From contig JBBCAV010000428.1 of assembly GCA_051382305.1 (NCBI GenBank), positions 1 through 20,382 on the forward strand: DNA of 20,382 bases, written 5' to 3'. This DNA is from Bdellovibrionota bacterium FG-2 (GTDB lineage Bacteria; Bdellovibrionota; UBA1018). Shown here piece by piece: positions 17,498 to 20,382 of the stretch (positions are counted from its first letter, which is position 1; every line of letters starts with the position of its first letter). Position numbers and translations under genes: made by a program. The notes under the pieces were generated by a model. The model saw only the letters and a list, made by a program, of their open reading frames with translations, had not been told where the DNA came from and did not search any database.

Positions 17498-18059
17498 GGG
17501 GACCAGGCACCGTCTGTCGCTTGGGTTACTTTGCGCGTTTCTCGTCGCTCCTTCGCTGGGGTTAGGCGCGCCGTTCACGATCGAGGAAGTCAAATCAGCA
17601 TTTTTACTGAATTTTGGCAGATTCGTTGAGTGGCCCACGCAAGTGATTCAAAAGTCCCCCGATCGATTCACGATTTGCCTCATCGGCAAAGATACGCTCA
17701 GACACAACCTCGAGGCGATCGTACGAGATCAGAAAGTAAAAGGGCGAACGTTGGAGGTCGTAACGCTTGCTCCGGATACTGCGGCAACGGCTTGCCAAAT
17801 CGCTTACCTGAATCTCGGCGGCAAAGGTGGCAATAACGGCAATGCTAACGATAAGCAAACCCTTGAAGTCCTCTCACACCTTAAAGCCAGCCCTACCTTG
17901 ACCGTGGGAGATAATCCTAATTTTTTAGCGGCGGGGGGCATTATCCAACTTCAAATCGACGGAGGCCACATCCATCTCAAGATAAACTTAAAAGCAGCGA
18001 AAGATTCTGGCCTCATCATCAGCTCCAAGCTGCTGGCCATCGCCGAGGTGGTCCAATGA
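17469..18059 (+). CDS. YfiR/HmsC-family periplasmic regulator
   Basis: VKSAFLLNFGRFVEWP, ICLIG, CQIAY, INLKAAKDSGLIISSKLL. The exact start is uncertain. Confidence 0.88.
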   Translation: MWSFLIISSKGTRHRLSLGLLCAFLVAPSLGLGAPFTIEEVKSAFLLNFGRFVEWPTQVIQKSPDRFTICLIGKDTLRHNLEAIVRDQKVKGRTLEVVTLAPDTAATACQIAYLNLGGKGGNNGNANDKQTLEVLSHLKASPTLTVGDNPNFLAAGGIIQLQIDGGHIHLKINLKAAKDSGLIISSKLLAIAEVVQ

Positions 18060-19525
18060 AGCGAAGGCGATTTACGACATGGATTTCACGGCGATTCGCT
18101 AAAGCCACGATCCGTTCGAAGATCATCATCCTCATCATGGGAACCGTTCTTACAGCTCTTGCTTTGGCAGGAATCGCTTTGCAGACCGACGACATAATAC
18201 GGGAAAAGCGTCGACTTGCCGAAAGCGTCATGGCAGTAGCCCAGGTCATTGGTTCCACCAGCACTGCCGCCGTCACCTTTCACGACAAGAAAACCTTAGA
18301 TGAAATCCTGGCCTCACTGGCGAGGCGCCCCACTATTGTAATGGCGTGCGTGTATGATTCGACTCCGCAGAAGGTCGGTTCCTTCGCCAGAGCTGATGAG
18401 CGTGCGCAATGTCCCTCCTCCCCCAGCGGTCGGTCCTCCGATTTTATCGGCGAACGGCTTTGGGTTTACGAACCCATCGTGCTAGAAAACAAGCAGATTG
18501 GAACTTTGCTGATCATCTCAGACCTTCAGGAAATGAGGCAAGACATCATCTTTCACGCGTTGATCACCCTGTTGATCAGCCTACTGGCGGCGCTGATCTC
18601 GCTGTGGATCTCCCGGCGGATCGAGCACTTGGTCTCAGGTCCTTTGTATGCATTGACCAGGACAGCGCGAATTATATCTGAAAAACGGGACTACGCCATT
18701 CGTGCCGAAAAACACAGCGATGACGAAATGGCGGTATTGATCGACGCCTTCAATCATATGCTGGCCCGCGTGGAGGAACAAAATAAGGAGCACGAACATC
18801 TGCTGCACGAGGCGCAGAATGCGATCAGGGTCCGCGACGAATTCCTGTCAATCGCTTCGCACGAACTTAGGACGCCGCTCACTTCCCTCAAAGGAGGGAC
18901 ACAGCTCATTCAAAGGCTTGTGGAAAAAAATCTCATCGCCACCTACCCGAAAGACCGCCTTCAAAAACTACTCGCCATCAACGACCATCAGTTCACACGT
19001 TTTTCCAAACTTGTGGAGGACCTGCTGGACGTCACCCGGATCAGTTCCGGCCATCTCACGTTGAATCCGGAGTCGGTCGAACTTGATCCGCTTATTCGCT
19101 CGGTACTAAGCCAGCTTCAAGCAGAGATCAATAATTCGAAGTCGTTAATTACGCTCGATTTGAAAGGAGACAAACCGGGCCTTTGGGATCGCTTCAGAAT
19201 CGAACAGGTATTTGTCAATCTTGTGTCCAATGCTCTCAAATACGGGGCCGGAAAGCCGATCACGATCTCTACCCGTACCCATGAATTATCCGCAGTGATT
19301 AGGGTACAAGACCAGGGTATCGGCATCTCGGCGGAGGATCAAGTCCGGCTCTTTCAGCGTTTCGAAAGAGCCGCCTCTAGCAGGCATTTTGGAGGTCTCG
19401 GCCTTGGACTGTACATCACTCGACAGATCATCGAAGCCCATGGCGGAACCATTCGCATTTTAAGCCAGCCGGATCAAGGGACTACGCTAACCGTTGAATT
19501 GCCACTAAGGTGTGTGGTCCCTTAG
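18056..19525 (+). CDS. Sensor histidine kinase (TM-periplasmic YfiN-like sensor-TM-HAMP-HisKA-HATPase)
   Basis: H-box SHELRTPL, N-box NLVSNALKY, DQGIGI, GLGLGL; two TM helices and a HAMP domain. ATGA coupling to the YfiR gene. Confidence 0.93.
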   Translation: MKRRRFTTWISRRFAKATIRSKIIILIMGTVLTALALAGIALQTDDIIREKRRLAESVMAVAQVIGSTSTAAVTFHDKKTLDEILASLARRPTIVMACVYDSTPQKVGSFARADERAQCPSSPSGRSSDFIGERLWVYEPIVLENKQIGTLLIISDLQEMRQDIIFHALITLLISLLAALISLWISRRIEHLVSGPLYALTRTARIISEKRDYAIRAEKHSDDEMAVLIDAFNHMLARVEEQNKEHEHLLHEAQNAIRVRDEFLSIASHELRTPLTSLKGGTQLIQRLVEKNLIATYPKDRLQKLLAINDHQFTRFSKLVEDLLDVTRISSGHLTLNPESVELDPLIRSVLSQLQAEINNSKSLITLDLKGDKPGLWDRFRIEQVFVNLVSNALKYGAGKPITISTRTHELSAVIRVQDQGIGISAEDQVRLFQRFERAASSRHFGGLGLGLYITRQIIEAHGGTIRILSQPDQGTTLTVELPLRCVVP

Positions 19526-19533
19526 CAACGTAA

Positions 19534-19608
19534 TGGTGCGAGTGACAGGGATTGAACCTGTGACCCCGCCCGTGTGAAGGGCGTGCTCTCCCGCTGAGCT
19601 ACACTCGC
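19534..19608 (-). tRNA. tRNA-Val, anticodon CAC, CCA encoded
   Basis: GCGAGTG/CACTCGC acceptor stem, anticodon arm CGCCC-TTCACAC-GGGCG, GGTTCAATCC T-arm, 3' ACCA. Confidence 0.96.
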
Positions 19609-19629
19609 ATCAACCTGAACAATTACTCG

Positions 19630-19658
19630 GATATAGGCCAAGGCCCATACTTTTGCAA
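19630..19658 (-). promoter_or_regulatory. Candidate tRNA promoter
   Basis: TTGCAA-17 bp-TATATC, ending 21 bp upstream of the tRNA. Confidence 0.45.
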
Positions 19659-19668
19659 GCCAGAAGAC

Positions 19669-20286
19669 TTAAGGGTGAAAAAGCTTATGGAAAATCGTTT
19701 TTCCACCTGCATCATAAGCCCTCTTGTCATCTTCCCTTATATGCTCCAGCTCTTCATAGAGATCATGGGCCGTCATCGGAAAGCCCGTCGCGCGGATCCG
19801 AGCCTCATCCTGGGCCTGCAACTTTACTTCAATCGGGCCCACAGTGTCGTTAAGGACTCCAATGGTTTCCAACGTTTTACGGGGCATATAAGGAGGAAAC
19901 TTTTCTTCAAGCATCAGTCCTACAAAGGGCGTATGACGAAGCACCCACAGAACACGACTGGCCGCTGCCGTAAACGCTGTAGGATCAAAAGCGTAATTTC
20001 TGGTTTCAATCCACTCATACACCTTCGTAAGCACTGCATCTTTGTATCGCGTTGTTCGCATACGACTAAAATCTCGCCATTCCGCGATCAATTCAAAGCG
20101 GGGATCAACTTCTGTATCCCCTGGCATATAGGACTGTGTCGCCGTCACGCCCAATCGATCCACAAAGCTTCGATTCTTAGGCTTCACGCGGCTCATGAAC
20201 ATAGGGATCAAGACTTTACCTCCAGAAGCCGCTTCAAATCCGGTCGCGACCACTTCTGAACAAAAAATACTGGAGTGATCCTTCAC
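19669..20286 (-). pseudogene. 3' fragment of probable YiiX/YebB-like permuted papain (NlpC/P60) enzyme
   Basis: KDHSSIFCSEVV catalytic-Cys-like motif and a PGD motif. The gene is cut at the IS50-like IR at 20287, so the first 23 aa of the ORF call are IS-derived. Confidence 0.6.
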
Positions 20287-20382
20287 CTGTCTATTACACA
20301 CATCTTTTGAGTCCAAGAATGTTATGCGCGGTATTCTGAAAAATACACTGGACACAGGTTGATTGTTTTGTTAACCTCTGCG
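20287..20382. mobile_element. Start of an IS4-family (IS50-like) element running off the window
   Basis: CTGTCTATTACACACATCTTTTGA terminal IR, identical in inverted orientation to 14089-14112. Confidence 0.7.

Noticed and set aside
16709-17638. 309-aa antisense ORF and other shadow ORFs (e.g. 5191-6081, 19675-20259, 7441-7806)
   Set aside because: They lie opposite well-supported genes and have no recognisable motifs.

Overview
Bacterial DNA (roughly 50% GC by eye). The hypothetical secreted proteins are reminiscent of Bdellovibrionota/Oligoflexia, but the taxon is only inferred. From left to right it holds: a truncated DinG/Rad3-type helicase, osmC, a divergent type II-like R-M pair, an Mre11/SbcD-like nuclease with a membrane-anchored SMC-like ATPase, a multiheme cytochrome c operon, a complete IS21 element, a TonB receptor-YfiR-histidine kinase operon with a divergent receiver protein, and tRNA-Val(CAC). 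Two things are not in the ORF track. (1) A small module occurs twice (about 1083-1257 and 7259-7481): sigma70 promoter, strong RBS, a Lys/Ala-rich micropeptide (11 and 23 aa), then a conserved 69-nt structured 3' RNA. The two copies bracket the R-M and SbcCD-like genes. (2) Two identical 24-bp IS50/Tn5-like ends (14089-14112 and 20287-20310) each cut a gene. In all, four genes appear truncated at mobile-element junctions. All calls come from reading the sequence; no database searches were run.
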